Shown: positions 41,183-52,229, counted from the stretch's first letter. The stretch is 64,000 nucleotides of DNA from Diplonema japonicum (GCA_964019335.1 OZ025668.1:186001-250000); one strand, 5' to 3'. The notes: generated by a model not told the origin, from the sequence alone. Program-made: numbers and translations.

Positions 41183-44100
41183 TCACGTAGGCAACACTGA
41201 CTTATAAGAAACGTCGATGGCGAGCTCCAGAGCAAGCTGCACGTCTTTCGAGATGCTCTTCCCTTCGACCCACACGTGCTGCAGAGCGTCGTTCATCTTG
41301 ACAGCTTCTGTTATGATCTTCACCCCTATGTCGGTGAGGGGGTTCTCGGACAGGTCGAGCTCTGTGAGGGTGTCGTTTGAGCGGATGAGGTCGCCGAGCT
41401 GCTTAGAAGCGAGAAGCCCGAGCCTGTTGTGCGACAGGTCGAGATGGGTGATGGACGCGTTCGTGGAGAGAACAGTGACAAGCGGTTGGAGATTCGAACA
41501 GATAAGATTGTTCGCAAGCCTTAAAGCACAAAGATGCGGGGAGTTCTCTACAAGAAGAGCAAGCATGGGAACCTGCGCGTCGGTGACATCGCAGAACATT
41601 AGATTCACACTCCGCACATGTGGGTTCATGGGAACGGCCTTTGCTATGAGATGTGTTGATTCACCGTCGTACTGGCCTAGCCCCAGCCACCCTTCAAGGT
41701 CGATATCTGCCTGCCTTGAGGTTCCCATCACTACGCCTTGGAATAGATCGCAGAAGGGCTTTGACTTATGGTTCAGTTCTTCCAACAATCGGATCTTTTC
41801 CATTAACGGTTCCGATACGTTGTTGTGCTCCACGCACAGCCTCCGGATGTTGTAGTTGCCCTCAAGGCTCTTCACCAGATACTTCCCCCCCTCGCTCGTG
41901 ATCTGATTGAACGAAAGGTCCAGTTCACGAAGGGACTCATGCGTCAGTAACACACAAGCAAGCTCCATGGCACCCTCGTCCCCAATCTGGTTGTGTGACA
42001 GATCTATAACCTGAACCTGGGAATTGATCTGAAGCATTCTGCACATGCTCTGCACAGCTTTGCATGTAATAGAGTTCCATGGCAACCCCAACGAACAAGC
42101 GGCGCTGTCTGTCTTCAACGCGTCCATAAGGATCATGATTCCCTCGTCGTCGACGGGCGTCAGTACAGCTTCGCCGTCGACGTCCTTCAGGCCTGTGATG
42201 TCAATGTGTGCTTGAGTGGGGTCTCTGTCGATGGATCGTAGGATGGCCTGTTTCAGTGCGAATGGGTACTTGTTCAGTTCGACTAACTGTCTCAGTTTCT
42301 CCATGTCGAACCGGTTGCACTCGTTGTCTTCGATGTGGAAGACAATCACCGAGCAGTTCTGTGCCATGGCCTTTGCCAGCATGGTCGCTCCTGCGCCGAT
42401 CTTGTTCGAGTTCAGGTTCAGCGACGTTATGTTGTTCGTCTCTTTCAGATGCGTTGCGATCTGTTCCCCGCCATCCCACCCGATGTCACACCCCGAGAGG
42501 TCCATCGTCTTCACGCTGTGATTGTCCTTCAACGCCTTCATCAGAATCGACACGTATTTGTCATTGAAGGACGTCTCTGCGTACGACAGGATCGTGATCT
42601 CGTCGCTCGCTATTTTCGGCAAATCGTATTTCAAAGCTAGCGGGCCGTTGTTCAAAGCCAGCTGCAACACCAGCGCAGCCATGGAGTCTTCCCTGATGGC
42701 CGGGTTTTGCTTCAGCGACAGTTCTTTGACCGTGTCGTTGCCGTAGACCTCGTGGCGTAGAGCGTTCGTCAGCTTGTTGCACCCAATGCTTCCTATCCTG
42801 TTGTCATCCAAGTCGATGATGGCGAGCACCTTGTTCACCTGCAAAGCTGACGCGATGCTCATGGCACCTTCATCCTTGATTCTGCAAGAGCGCAGGGACA
42901 ATTTCGTGAGTGATCTGTTCTGGTGCAGCATTGTGCTCAGATAAGCCAGACCGGTGTCGTTGATGTTAAGGGAGTTTGACAAGTTGAGACACGCCAGCAC
43001 CGTATTGTGAACCAGCACCTCCGACAGCAGGTAGCACGTTGTGTTGTCACATGTGTCGCTTGTTGAGAAGTCGAGGTTTGTCAGCGTGCCGTCGCTGACT
43101 TCCAATCGCGGGAGAGACATCCTCAGCAATGGCTGGCCATTGAGATTCTTTCCTGTTATTTTCGTAATCTCGTGCTCGCTGAACCCTGTTCCGTCCAGTA
43201 CAAGTGTCAACAGTGTGGTGTTTATCTCAAAGGCCTTCTCAGCTGCCTCAATCACCCGCCTCCCAGGCGTGAGGTCGCTATTCGTCAGATCCAAGACCTC
43301 CAGAGTGGTGTTGATCTCCAGCGCATTGATCAGAGCACATGCCCCCACGCTGGTCACGGCGGTGTGTGCCAACGACAGGTGCGCCAAAGGCAGGACACTT
43401 GTTTGCAGTATCTCTGACAGGTGGTTCACACAGCTGACATCTGTCACGTTTCGGTTGTGAGAAAGGTCTATCCTTGTGACTATTTTGTTGTGCTCTAATG
43501 TTGTACACAAACTGTACACCGTGATGTCCGTGATGCCCATCCTGCTCAGGTCCACGCTTGTGACTGTTGGGTCGTTCTCGCGAAGAAGCGGGAGCAGCTT
43601 CTTCACGCCCAGCTCCCTATTGAGCTTCACAGCCCTCGAAGCCTCGCCGAGCAACTCGTCGTCGCAGCAGTTGCCTTGCAGCTTGAGGTCGATTAGTGTA
43701 TTGTTATCCTCAAGCGCTGCAATAAGGAGCTGCACCCCTGCCTCGTCGATCTCGTTGTAAGACAGGTCTAGTGACGTTAATGACGCTGAAGCAGGGAGGA
43801 GAAGGAACTCACTGAAGGCCTTTGCGACACCCGAGCCGTCGAGGACATTGTTTCGCAGAGACAAGCTTGTGATGTGGCACTCTTGCTTCAAGGTCTCGAT
43901 GAGCTGTATAGCACCCGACAGGCTGATATGATTATGCCCGAAGTTAATCGTGCGCAAAGTGTTGTTTTTATTAAGAGCTTCGCAGATGTATGAGAGCTGC
44001 AAATCCGTGATCTGCGAACCTGCTCGCAAATCCGTGCAATCGATGGTGTGGTTCGCGGGGTCGTTCTTAAGGACCGTTAGCAGCAGGTGTTTGAGGCTGT

Positions 44101-46477
44101 CCGACTGGTTGTTGAACCGTAGTGTGTATTTCAGCTCGGCGTGGGCGTCTGCTGTGATCTTCTTGTTCTTGCTCAGCCCGATAGACGTCACTTCAGGCCT
44201 TTCCTTAATGAGCGCTATAATATCTGCGACCCCTGCGTCGGTGATCCTGTTGTCAGAGACGTCGAACGCTGCGAAGTGCTTGTTGGCACGCAATAATTCC
44301 AAGATTACTGTCAGCCCCGCATCGCTGATCCTGTTGCTCTTGAATGAGATGCCTGTGTACTCAGTAGCATCTTCAACCGCCTTGCACACGACACTGGCAG
44401 CAAGGTCAAAGACATGCTCAGGCGTCTCAAGATCGGGCAGTGCTTCAATCTCATCGACGTGAAGCATGCCCGGCGGCATTTTCTCCTCGAAAATACTGAT
44501 AATGTAAGGCTTCAGTTTCACAACACACTTGTGCGATGCAATGAGCGTCTGTATCTTCTTCTCCAGCGTGGGCTCCATATGGTTGTTCGACAGGTCGAGC
44601 TCCATCAATATCGACGACGCCATGTCTGTTGTGAGGAACTCGTAGAACACGTCCCCACCGGCGTCAAGTAGGCTGTTGCCCTGCAGATTGATGGAGCACA
44701 GGGACTTGTGGTTCCGGAGCACCTTGCACAGCATCTTAGCCACCTCGTAGTCCAGCATGTTGTTCTTCGACAAGTTGAGGCTCTTCAGTGTGTACCTATT
44801 GGTGTTCAGCCCGTCGCAAAGGCTCTTTACGCCCTTCTTCGTGATTTCATTGTTGCTGAGGTTCAGGTCTGTGAGAACGTAAGACTCCACCAGGATAGTG
44901 CTCAACACCGCTGCCGAGGAGTCGGTCAGTGCGAATTCATCACGCTTCCCAGAAAGGTCCACTGCAGCCAGTGCTTCGTCCCCTCTATGCAGCCGGGCTA
45001 CGATAGACCGCAAGATGGGTGGTTCTGAAGACACTGCTCTGCAATCTGCTAGCGCTCTCAACGTTAGACTAGAAACATTGGTGTCCTTCAAGATAAGATC
45101 TTTCAGTTGTTTCGTCTTTCTGATTGTCTTCACAAAGTGTGCCCCAGACTCGCGTATCCCGGGGTTGCAACTCAGGTCTAGCTGCGTCAGGCTGGAGTTC
45201 TCAGAGGCAGCGTTCGCCAGTGCCTCCCCACCGTGATCGTCTAGCGATGTGTTGCTGAGGTTCACGGCCTTCAACACGTCATTGCACGTCAATGCCTCTG
45301 CCAAGTAGGTGGCGCCCTTCCGACCAAGCTTGTTGTTGCTGAGGTTGATTGTGCAGAGCCCTTTGTTCTCTTTGAGCGCGTCACTGAGGAACTTCACGCC
45401 AACTTGTGTAATGTGGTTGTTGCTAAGGTCCAGGGCGGTGAGGTGTGTGTTGCTGTGAAGCACCTCCGACAGCAGCCGCATCGAGATGTCATCATAGTAC
45501 CGGCAGCTTGCATGCTCGTCTAACTGTAGCACGCAGACATCCGGGCTGTTGGCTAGCAGCTTAGGGAGATATTTCTTGAGGTACAGCGGCTGTCGGTTGA
45601 GGCACAGCTTCTTCTCAATTGCGAACACTTGGTTTTCTGAGACGCACGTCGCCTTCAGGTTGACTACGGTGATCGTGTTGTTGTCGTCGATTGCCGACAT
45701 GAGGTGCTCTGCGCCAGCGTTCGTGACGCAGTTCGCGAAGAGGTCGAGCTTGTCGAGCACCTGGTTGTACCGCAGCATGTTTGCCAGCGACAAGGCCCCT
45801 TCATCACCCACCTGCTGGTTGCACAGCAGAAGCACTTCGACATGTGTGTTGCCCATGAGTACTTCTGCAAGCCGCGCAGCAGCCCAGTCATCCAGACGCA
45901 TCGATGGATCGTGGTACAACTCACGCACACGGTTTCCAGGGTCGAACGACAGATCGACGACCTTCACACACCCTGCCCGTATGGAGAGCAGGGACTCCTT
46001 CAGACATGCTGGCCGTCCATTGAGCTCTACCATGACATGGAGGGCCTCGCGCATGTCCTTGCCCACCAGGTTGCAGTCGTTGATCTGCAGCTCACGTATT
46101 GCGCTGTTTGTCTCCAGGCTGGTGAGGAGGGACTTGATGCCTTCGTTTGAAATCATATTCCCGCTGAGGAGGATGCTCTTGATAGTTTTGTTTACCTCCA
46201 GCATTGATGCCAGCGCGTGGCACCCTCCTGTCTCGATGTGGTTGTTCCTCAAATCGATTCCCGTCACTGCCGTGTTCTTCCTCAGCGCGTCGCACAACGA
46301 CATCACCGCTACGTCTGTTACGTTACTTCCCTGCAGCTCCAGCACCGTGACGTCATTAGAGTTCCCATACAGCAGGGGCAGGTACTGCTTCGATGCTTCC
46401 TGGTGGTCTGCGTGCGCTGCAATCAGCTCGTCGATATCTAAATTCTTACTGAGGTCAGTATGCAGCACATCTGTCAT
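41183..46477 (-). CDS. Large ribonuclease-inhibitor/tropomodulin-type leucine-rich-repeat protein (1764 aa)
   Basis: Uninterrupted ORF with many LxxNxxLxxLDLSxNxIxxxG repeats grouped into modules. Confidence 0.9.
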   Translation of the reverse strand: MTDVLHTDLSKNLDIDELIAAHADHQEASKQYLPLLYGNSNDVTVLELQGSNVTDVAVMSLCDALRKNTAVTGIDLRNNHIETGGCHALASMLEVNKTIKSILLSGNMISNEGIKSLLTSLETNSAIRELQINDCNLVGKDMREALHVMVELNGRPACLKESLLSIRAGCVKVVDLSFDPGNRVRELYHDPSMRLDDWAAARLAEVLMGNTHVEVLLLCNQQVGDEGALSLANMLRYNQVLDKLDLFANCVTNAGAEHLMSAIDDNNTITVVNLKATCVSENQVFAIEKKLCLNRQPLYLKKYLPKLLANSPDVCVLQLDEHASCRYYDDISMRLLSEVLHSNTHLTALDLSNNHITQVGVKFLSDALKENKGLCTINLSNNKLGRKGATYLAEALTCNDVLKAVNLSNTSLDDHGGEALANAASENSSLTQLDLSCNPGIRESGAHFVKTIRKTKQLKDLILKDTNVSSLTLRALADCRAVSSEPPILRSIVARLHRGDEALAAVDLSGKRDEFALTDSSAAVLSTILVESYVLTDLNLSNNEITKKGVKSLCDGLNTNRYTLKSLNLSKNNMLDYEVAKMLCKVLRNHKSLCSINLQGNSLLDAGGDVFYEFLTTDMASSILMELDLSNNHMEPTLEKKIQTLIASHKCVVKLKPYIISIFEEKMPPGMLHVDEIEALPDLETPEHVFDLAASVVCKAVEDATEYTGISFKSNRISDAGLTVILELLRANKHFAAFDVSDNRITDAGVADIIALIKERPEVTSIGLSKNKKITADAHAELKYTLRFNNQSDSLKHLLLTVLKNDPANHTIDCTDLRAGSQITDLQLSYICEALNKNNTLRTINFGHNHISLSGAIQLIETLKQECHITSLSLRNNVLDGSGVAKAFSEFLLLPASASLTSLDLSYNEIDEAGVQLLIAALEDNNTLIDLKLQGNCCDDELLGEASRAVKLNRELGVKKLLPLLRENDPTVTSVDLSRMGITDITVYSLCTTLEHNKIVTRIDLSHNRNVTDVSCVNHLSEILQTSVLPLAHLSLAHTAVTSVGACALINALEINTTLEVLDLTNSDLTPGRRVIEAAEKAFEINTTLLTLVLDGTGFSEHEITKITGKNLNGQPLLRMSLPRLEVSDGTLTNLDFSTSDTCDNTTCYLLSEVLVHNTVLACLNLSNSLNINDTGLAYLSTMLHQNRSLTKLSLRSCRIKDEGAMSIASALQVNKVLAIIDLDDNRIGSIGCNKLTNALRHEVYGNDTVKELSLKQNPAIREDSMAALVLQLALNNGPLALKYDLPKIASDEITILSYAETSFNDKYVSILMKALKDNHSVKTMDLSGCDIGWDGGEQIATHLKETNNITSLNLNSNKIGAGATMLAKAMAQNCSVIVFHIEDNECNRFDMEKLRQLVELNKYPFALKQAILRSIDRDPTQAHIDITGLKDVDGEAVLTPVDDEGIMILMDALKTDSAACSLGLPWNSITCKAVQSMCRMLQINSQVQVIDLSHNQIGDEGAMELACVLLTHESLRELDLSFNQITSEGGKYLVKSLEGNYNIRRLCVEHNNVSEPLMEKIRLLEELNHKSKPFCDLFQGVVMGTSRQADIDLEGWLGLGQYDGESTHLIAKAVPMNPHVRSVNLMFCDVTDAQVPMLALLVENSPHLCALRLANNLICSNLQPLVTVLSTNASITHLDLSHNRLGLLASKQLGDLIRSNDTLTELDLSENPLTDIGVKIITEAVKMNDALQHVWVEGKSISKDVQLALELAIDVSYKSVLPT

Positions 46478-46593
46478 TCTGACCTGTAGACGGAATACGA
46501 TGGACTACTAAAAGAAACTACATATAAGGTCAGCGTTCAAAAAGCCAAAAAAAAAAAAAAAAAAAAAAAAAAAACCACTCTCAGTGTAAATAG

Positions 46594-47322
46594 TTAGGGA
46601 AAAGACGGGTCCTGTAGGAACACAGGGACCATGTGTGACTCCAGCACATCGGTGACGTGCGCGTACTGCCGTTGAGCGTCCTTCGGGGACGGGCTGACAC
46701 CTTGGTTGTAAGCCCAGTCCGTGATGAAGGCTTGAAAGGCAAAGTAGTCCGAGACGAAGGCGTCGTACACCTGAAGGGTCTGTTCCTGGACGTCCTGGGT
46801 GGCCTCCGGAGAGCACTCAATGAGGGTGAGGAGATGGTCCAGACGGAGGGTGAGGGGACTGTAGAAATCGGTACCAGGGGGCGAGGGGAGGAATGCTGAA
46901 GAGAAGCGCCGCTTGGCATTCCAGGTGTTAACGAGCGTGGTATAGTCGATGACGGCAGACTGCTGCTGGGCAAGGTTGCTGCGCTCAGCAACATTAGAAG
47001 CTTGGTCTTCAGTGATGTCAGGTGCGTCTGCATAGTAGGGAACGCTCATTGTGGACGACACGGTGAGGGCGCTACCGTTCAGCACGGCAGTGCTGGTTCC
47101 CAACATGCTTACGGCACCTGGCAGCTGCTCATTCTTCATAGTCAGGTAGCACATGACACCGTCGACGCCTCCGTCGAGGGTTGTGTTCTCCAGCTCTGCG
47201 AAATGCTCGGCAAGCTCACACCAGTACCCACCCCTGTTCAGAACCCCCCGCAGCATGGTGCTGTCGATGCCGTCGCATGTGATAGCAACGGTAGCCGTGA
47301 TAAGGCAGTGCAAGAGTATCAT
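46594..47322 (-). CDS. Hypothetical protein with probable signal peptide (242 aa)
   Basis: ATG start, hydrophobic N-terminus MILLHCLITATVAITC, coding-like composition, same strand as neighbours; no family recognised. Confidence 0.7.
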   Translation of the reverse strand: MILLHCLITATVAITCDGIDSTMLRGVLNRGGYWCELAEHFAELENTTLDGGVDGVMCYLTMKNEQLPGAVSMLGTSTAVLNGSALTVSSTMSVPYYADAPDITEDQASNVAERSNLAQQQSAVIDYTTLVNTWNAKRRFSSAFLPSPPGTDFYSPLTLRLDHLLTLIECSPEATQDVQEQTLQVYDAFVSDYFAFQAFITDWAYNQGVSPSPKDAQRQYAHVTDVLESHMVPVFLQDPSFP

Positions 47323-47415
47323 GTGTAGCTTGAGCGAGGTGAAGGGGTGAAGGGGTTTATATGAAGAATGGCCAGAAATATCAGTTAAAGGTTAAGAGAA
47401 GGAAAAGACAACACT

Positions 47416-47954
47416 TCACATGGGTGGCGTTATGGCACGCCTGTCAGTGAGCTTGCTCTGTTCGTGAAGCAAGGCTCGGATTTCATCGTCTTCTCCATTC
47501 TTCATAGCGCCCACGAGAGCTGCGTGGATGTTTTTTGCCTCTGCCATCTCTTCAAAGAACCCACCCATTCCCCCTGAGGGTAGAGGGGATGCTTCTTCTG
47601 AAGTTTCCCTGTCGACTAAGGGCTCCTGTGGCTTCATTGAGGGGAATTTCTCCATCCCACAAGTGGGACCTGCGAAATTTTCGCTGCTTGCAGCTCTAGA
47701 CGCCCGTGTTTCTTTCTTACGAGACTCCTTCTCGCCTCCGCTGGCCTTTGCTGGCGCTTCACCTTCTCCGAAATTATACCCTCCTGAGCAGCCTTTTTTT
47801 TTTTTTTTTTTTTTTTTCTTTCTTTTTTGTTTTTTTGAGATGAAATATCCATACGTATCACTGCCGCTTTGCTGTACAGAAACTCTGCCTCTGTCAGCAT
47901 CTTCCTGTCGCGTAGCGCCGCCAACCTTTCCAACTCGTATACAAGGTTTGCCAT
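47416..47954 (-). CDS. SHOCT-domain hypothetical protein, two exons (47954-47855, 47792-47416; 158 aa)
   Basis: N-terminal LERLAALRDRKMLTEAEFLYSK resembles a SHOCT domain. Removing the GT-AG intron at 47793-47854 joins it in frame to the ORF ending at 47416. Confidence 0.72.
47793..47854 (-). other. Predicted 62-nt cis-intron GTATGG...poly(A)AG
   Basis: A phase-1 splice restores the reading frame (V-I-R-C-S-G). Confidence 0.75.
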
Positions 47955-48207
47955 TTTCTACTTTTTTTTTTTCCCCCTCACTCTCTTTCGTTTAACATTA
48001 ATGCGCGTCAAAAAAAAAGGGAGTATAAAACGAATATAAGCAAGGATGATTTCCTTATTTCTTTTTTCTCGCTCTCGCCCTTTCTTTTTTTTTTTCTTTT
48101 TAAATGTTTCTGATAGTGAAAAAAAAAAAAAAAAAAAAAAACGAAACACAATAAAAAGAACTTTTTTTTGATTTTTCTTTTTTTTCCCGCGAAACACACT
48201 TTCTTTT

Positions 48208-50258
48208 TTAGTACTTTCCCTGTTTGCCCCCCTTTTTGCCTTTGCCGCCCTTGCCACCTTTGCCTCCTTTGCCGCCCTTGCCACCTTTTTTCCCTCCTTT
48301 GCCTTTGCCGCCCTGTGAGGGTTTCGTAAAATTTAAATATATATATATATATATTGCCATACCTTCCCACCCTCGTCGTCCATTTGCGAATTGCTTCGTT
48401 TCCGCTTTGCAGGTTGTTCTTCTCTGTATGTGAAAGAGATTTGTTTTGAGGTGCCGTTCTCAGACGTAGTAACCCTGCTGGAAGAGCTAGTGGCAGCTGC
48501 TTCCTGTTGCTTCTTAAGACGTTCTCCAATGGTGAGTTTTTCATGTTTTTCCTTCTTACGCCCGTAGTGTTCTTCTTTCCGGGTTTCAAAGATCTCTCGG
48601 CCTTCTTTGAGCTCGTACATAGCAAGTGCTGGTTTGTCTGTGCTGGGTGCATCCTTCTTGTACCCCTTCGGCACCATCGAGGGGGCGGTGTCGCTGAGCC
48701 CCGACGACGCCCCGTCACTGCCGTAACCGTCATCCGCGTCGTTTCCGTCGATTTGCTTGAAGGCGGAGTTTTCCTCTTTGAGGTGCGGGTTGTACTTGTA
48801 GAAGGCTTCGCTTTGCTTGTCGACCGCGAACTTGTCGGATTTCATCTTGTCCGCAAATCGATCGTCTTCAACAGGCTTCAGCACGTCCCGCCTCTTCTTC
48901 TTCACGATGGTGATACGGTCCGCTGCTTCTTTCTTCTCCAATATCTTTTGCTTCTTGTAATCCCTCCACTCCGTCGGGTCCATCACGGACTTCGACATTC
49001 TGTACGTCTCAAGATCAATGTAGAACCCGTGCATGTACGGCCTCACCTGGTCGCTGTCGCCCTTCAGAAGATGTGTGAGGTGCAGTTCCTCTAATTCTTC
49101 TTTTGTGACGAATTTGTAATCGTCGTACTGCCCAGTGTGGATCTCCGTTTCCTCAAGCTCCTCGGTGATGTTTTCAAGGTACGAGCACCATCCCGGAGCG
49201 GGGCCGAGCTGCGGGATGAAAAAGGAGTTCACATAAGGTTGGTCACACGCTGCCAAGAGGATACCGGAGTGCCTGTCCTTCGACGCCTTGGGAACAACGA
49301 ACTGATGCAGCTCGTCGGAAGTATCAACAGCGGTGAAGGTGGTACCGTCACGGGGGTCCCAGATCTTGACGCCCTTGGAGTCGGCGGAGATAACATGGCG
49401 TGCCTCGAAGCAGCTGTGGAACATCATTTGTTTGATCGGAAGGGAGTTGTTATGGTCCTTTGTGAGGATGGGCGACCGTTTGCGGAGATCGAAAATTCCG
49501 ATGACACCCTCGCTTGTCCCTGCGAGGAGGCTGAACCCATCAGCATCGAACACCAACGAGGTGACCTCGTTCTGAACATCTGAATCGTACCCCGTCGAGA
49601 TGGACCCTGCCACGTCCAGCGTCGCCACGATCTGCGTCGGGTCACGTGTGTCAGCACAGTACACCGAACCATTCTCACCACCGATTGCAAGTAACGGGTG
49701 GGTAGGGCAGTTGGCTACACAGTTGTTAGCTGGTGAGTCTGTCACAATGGGTTCTTTGAAGGACCCGTCGTCACAGTCGAATCTGTACACTGACGACGAC
49801 GATGTGGAGAAGAAAAGATTCGCGGACGTAGAGTCGTACAGCATGTGGCGGCCTTCCTTCGGAATCCTTATCTTTGCGTGTCGTCCGCCTTGGTTGTGGA
49901 ACTCCACCCATCTGTTCTGCTCCAACAGAACGATCTTCTTGTAGTCGTCAGACACTGAAGCCATGCCCAGGACAAGGTTGTCCACGTGCCTGCAAAACTT
50001 CATCGACACCTCTTCGAAGTCGTAGCAGCGTACCTGTGCTGGGTACTCCCCTGCGATCCACATGTGCACGCCGTCTTCTGTCACCTCCACGCAGCTTGGC
50101 GATCCCTTTTTGAATTCCAAGTCCTGCAGCAACTCGACCCTTCTTCTCTTTCCATCTTTCGAAAGCTGGTTTTTCTTCTGCTGGCTCAACCAATCAGGCA
50201 AGGCCGCGCCTTCCGTCAGGTTGTAATGGGTGACCGCGTTATAACTTACTGATTTCAT
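48208..50258 (-). CDS. NOL10: Nucleolar protein 10 (Enp2/NOL10), two exons (50258-48363, 48312-48208)
   Basis: LPDWL..RRVELLQDLEF, G.YPAQVRCYD, FIPQLGPAPGWCSYLENITEELEE, YDDYKFVTKEEL, YMHGFYID, DDRF. The predicted last exon encodes a Gly/Lys repeat tail. Confidence 0.92.
48313..48362 (-). other. Predicted 50-nt cis-intron GTATGG...(TA)n...CACAG
   Basis: A phase-0 splice joins EGGK to GGKGKGGKKGG... and ends at TAA 48208-48210. Confidence 0.8.
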
Positions 50259-50349
50259 TTTTTTTTTTTTTTTTTTTTTTTGTGTGTTGTGTGTGTGGCT
50301 TGGGGTCGACCCCCTTTTGTTTCTAATGGTGGTGGGTTCGGACAGAAGG

Positions 50350-50380
<31 letters not shown>

Positions 50381-51190
50381 GCACTTTTTTAGTCCTTTTG
50401 TTATTTTGTATAATGAAAAGTACGCTACTTTCCGCATTCTATTGTAAATAAGCCGGACGGAGAGGGGGGGGGGGGGTGTTTGTTTCCTTTTTTTTCTTTA
50501 CAGCGTGGCTTGGAGAAAGATACGCCATGATGGGAAGAAGTCGGTAAGGCTAACGACCCACCAAAAGAGAATAATAGGTGGAGGGGAAGATAGTTAGCAA
50601 AGGATGAAAAAAGAAAGATTGGGTGAAAGAAGGAATGGAAGGGAAAATAACAAAAAGGATGCGAATTTGGATTCGTTCCTTCTCTTTTTGCCTTAGATTT
50701 TTTTTTTGTCCCCCGAGGCTTCACTGACGAGGGGTCTCTTTTTTTTTTGAAATAGAATTCTATTTCTACCCCTTCCCTTCTTGAACATACGGTTTCTCAT
50801 TAAAAAAAAAGAAATTCTTTTTTGTATCAAGAGAGAAAAAAAGAAAAGAGGGGACCAACAAAGATCTCCCCCTCCTATTTTCTCTGGTGTGCTGCACCCA
50901 GCGCGTCAAGAAAAAGGGTGGTTTTAAACCAAAAAAAAAAAAAAAACAAAAAAAAAAAAAAACCACTCCTCAGCTGGAGCAAGCAATGCACCCTTCAAAA
51001 GAACAAGACAAGGGATTAAAAGCCGCTCAATGGAGAACGAAAATAAAAAAAAATAAACCAGAAAAGAATCAGTTCAGTTCCCTTTTCTCCATTCTTTTCT
51101 TACACCCCTACTTTACTTCTTCCATTTGTGTCGGAACACAAAAAAAAAAAGCAAAAAACAATTAGAGAATGGAGGGAAGGAGAAAAAGAA

Positions 51191-51308
51191 AATAGCTATT
51201 CACTACCAACAAGTGGTTCTGACTCGTGCCACCCTCTAGGTTCCGAGGCGACGAGCCTAGTCATACTCTCTTAGGTATATAACTCGCTTTCTGTAATTCA
51301 CCACGAGG
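51191..51308 (-). repeat. Degenerate inverted fragment of family A
   Basis: AATAGCTATT.ACT.CCAACAAGT...TTCACCACGAGGG is the reverse complement of the family A right end. Confidence 0.55.
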
Positions 51309-51374
51309 GAAAGCCTGCCTCAACCCATATTTTACGTAAGCCCATTTAAAAAAAAAAAAAAAAAATCAAAACAA

Positions 51375-52229
51375 TCACTCAGTTTTTTCAGTCGATGGGA
51401 TGACTGTCCAACCATCCCTCAGATCGAGATGACCTTCTACCGTCCCCATTAGGTTATCCCAGAGAGTGAGCATCTCACCGAAATGGGTATGGGTCTTCTC
51501 GTGATGAAGATTGTGGAACTTCGAAGTATTTATATAAAAGTAAGGGAGGTATTTTTCTAGTGCCGGGACGTTGTACCCAGCATGGAGGTAGAAGTTGAGG
51601 AAAACAAAGGAAAACACGCCGGGCAAGTGGACGGGCGTGTACAATTTCAAGTGCGTAATGCAAAACCCGAGAATAGGGACGAACGTGACCAAGGCCTCAC
51701 CAGGGGAAACTGCAAAGCCAGCAAACGGAGTTGGGTTGTAGAACTGATGGTGCCCCTTGTGAAACACATACAAGTACCTTGAATGCAACAGCCGATGTTT
51801 CCAGTACAGGTAGAAGTCTGCAGCCAGAAGTATGAACAATAGTTTACTATAAACAATGATCCAGCTCCCTGTCCCCATTGAGGCATCATCTACGGACATC
51901 GTTAAAGCGGTTTCATCTCCATTGAGATACATGGCTACAGGCCAGGCTGTGAGGCTCGCAGACACGTAGCAGCTTAATGCCAGCTCTTTCAGCTCTTCCC
52001 AGATCAGGTCGTACTCCTTCCCAGGCTGGCATTTCTCGTAGCCTTTCCCTGCCGCGATCGTCAGCAGGCACGCCAAGCAGATCGTCCCGAAGATCGCCGC
52101 ATAGCACCCTGCGAACACCGTGTACCACTGCACTGCGTCTGCGTACAGCAATCCCGATGCCGACAGGATCAAGGGGATGCCCCACCTGCTCGCGGCTTCC
52201 TCCTCCTTTGTGAAGACGTGCATCTTCAT
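51375..52229 (-). CDS. Sterol desaturase / fatty-acid hydroxylase superfamily protein (C-5 sterol desaturase-like)
   Basis: His boxes YWKHRLLH, FHKGHH, YLHAG, FHNLHH, plus PTPFAGFA and HFGEMLTLWDNLMGT. Confidence 0.88.
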   Translation of the reverse strand: MKMHVFTKEEEAASRWGIPLILSASGLLYADAVQWYTVFAGCYAAIFGTICLACLLTIAAGKGYEKCQPGKEYDLIWEELKELALSCYVSASLTAWPVAMYLNGDETALTMSVDDASMGTGSWIIVYSKLLFILLAADFYLYWKHRLLHSRYLYVFHKGHHQFYNPTPFAGFAVSPGEALVTFVPILGFCITHLKLYTPVHLPGVFSFVFLNFYLHAGYNVPALEKYLPYFYINTSKFHNLHHEKTHTHFGEMLTLWDNLMGTVEGHLDLRDGWTVIPSTEKTE

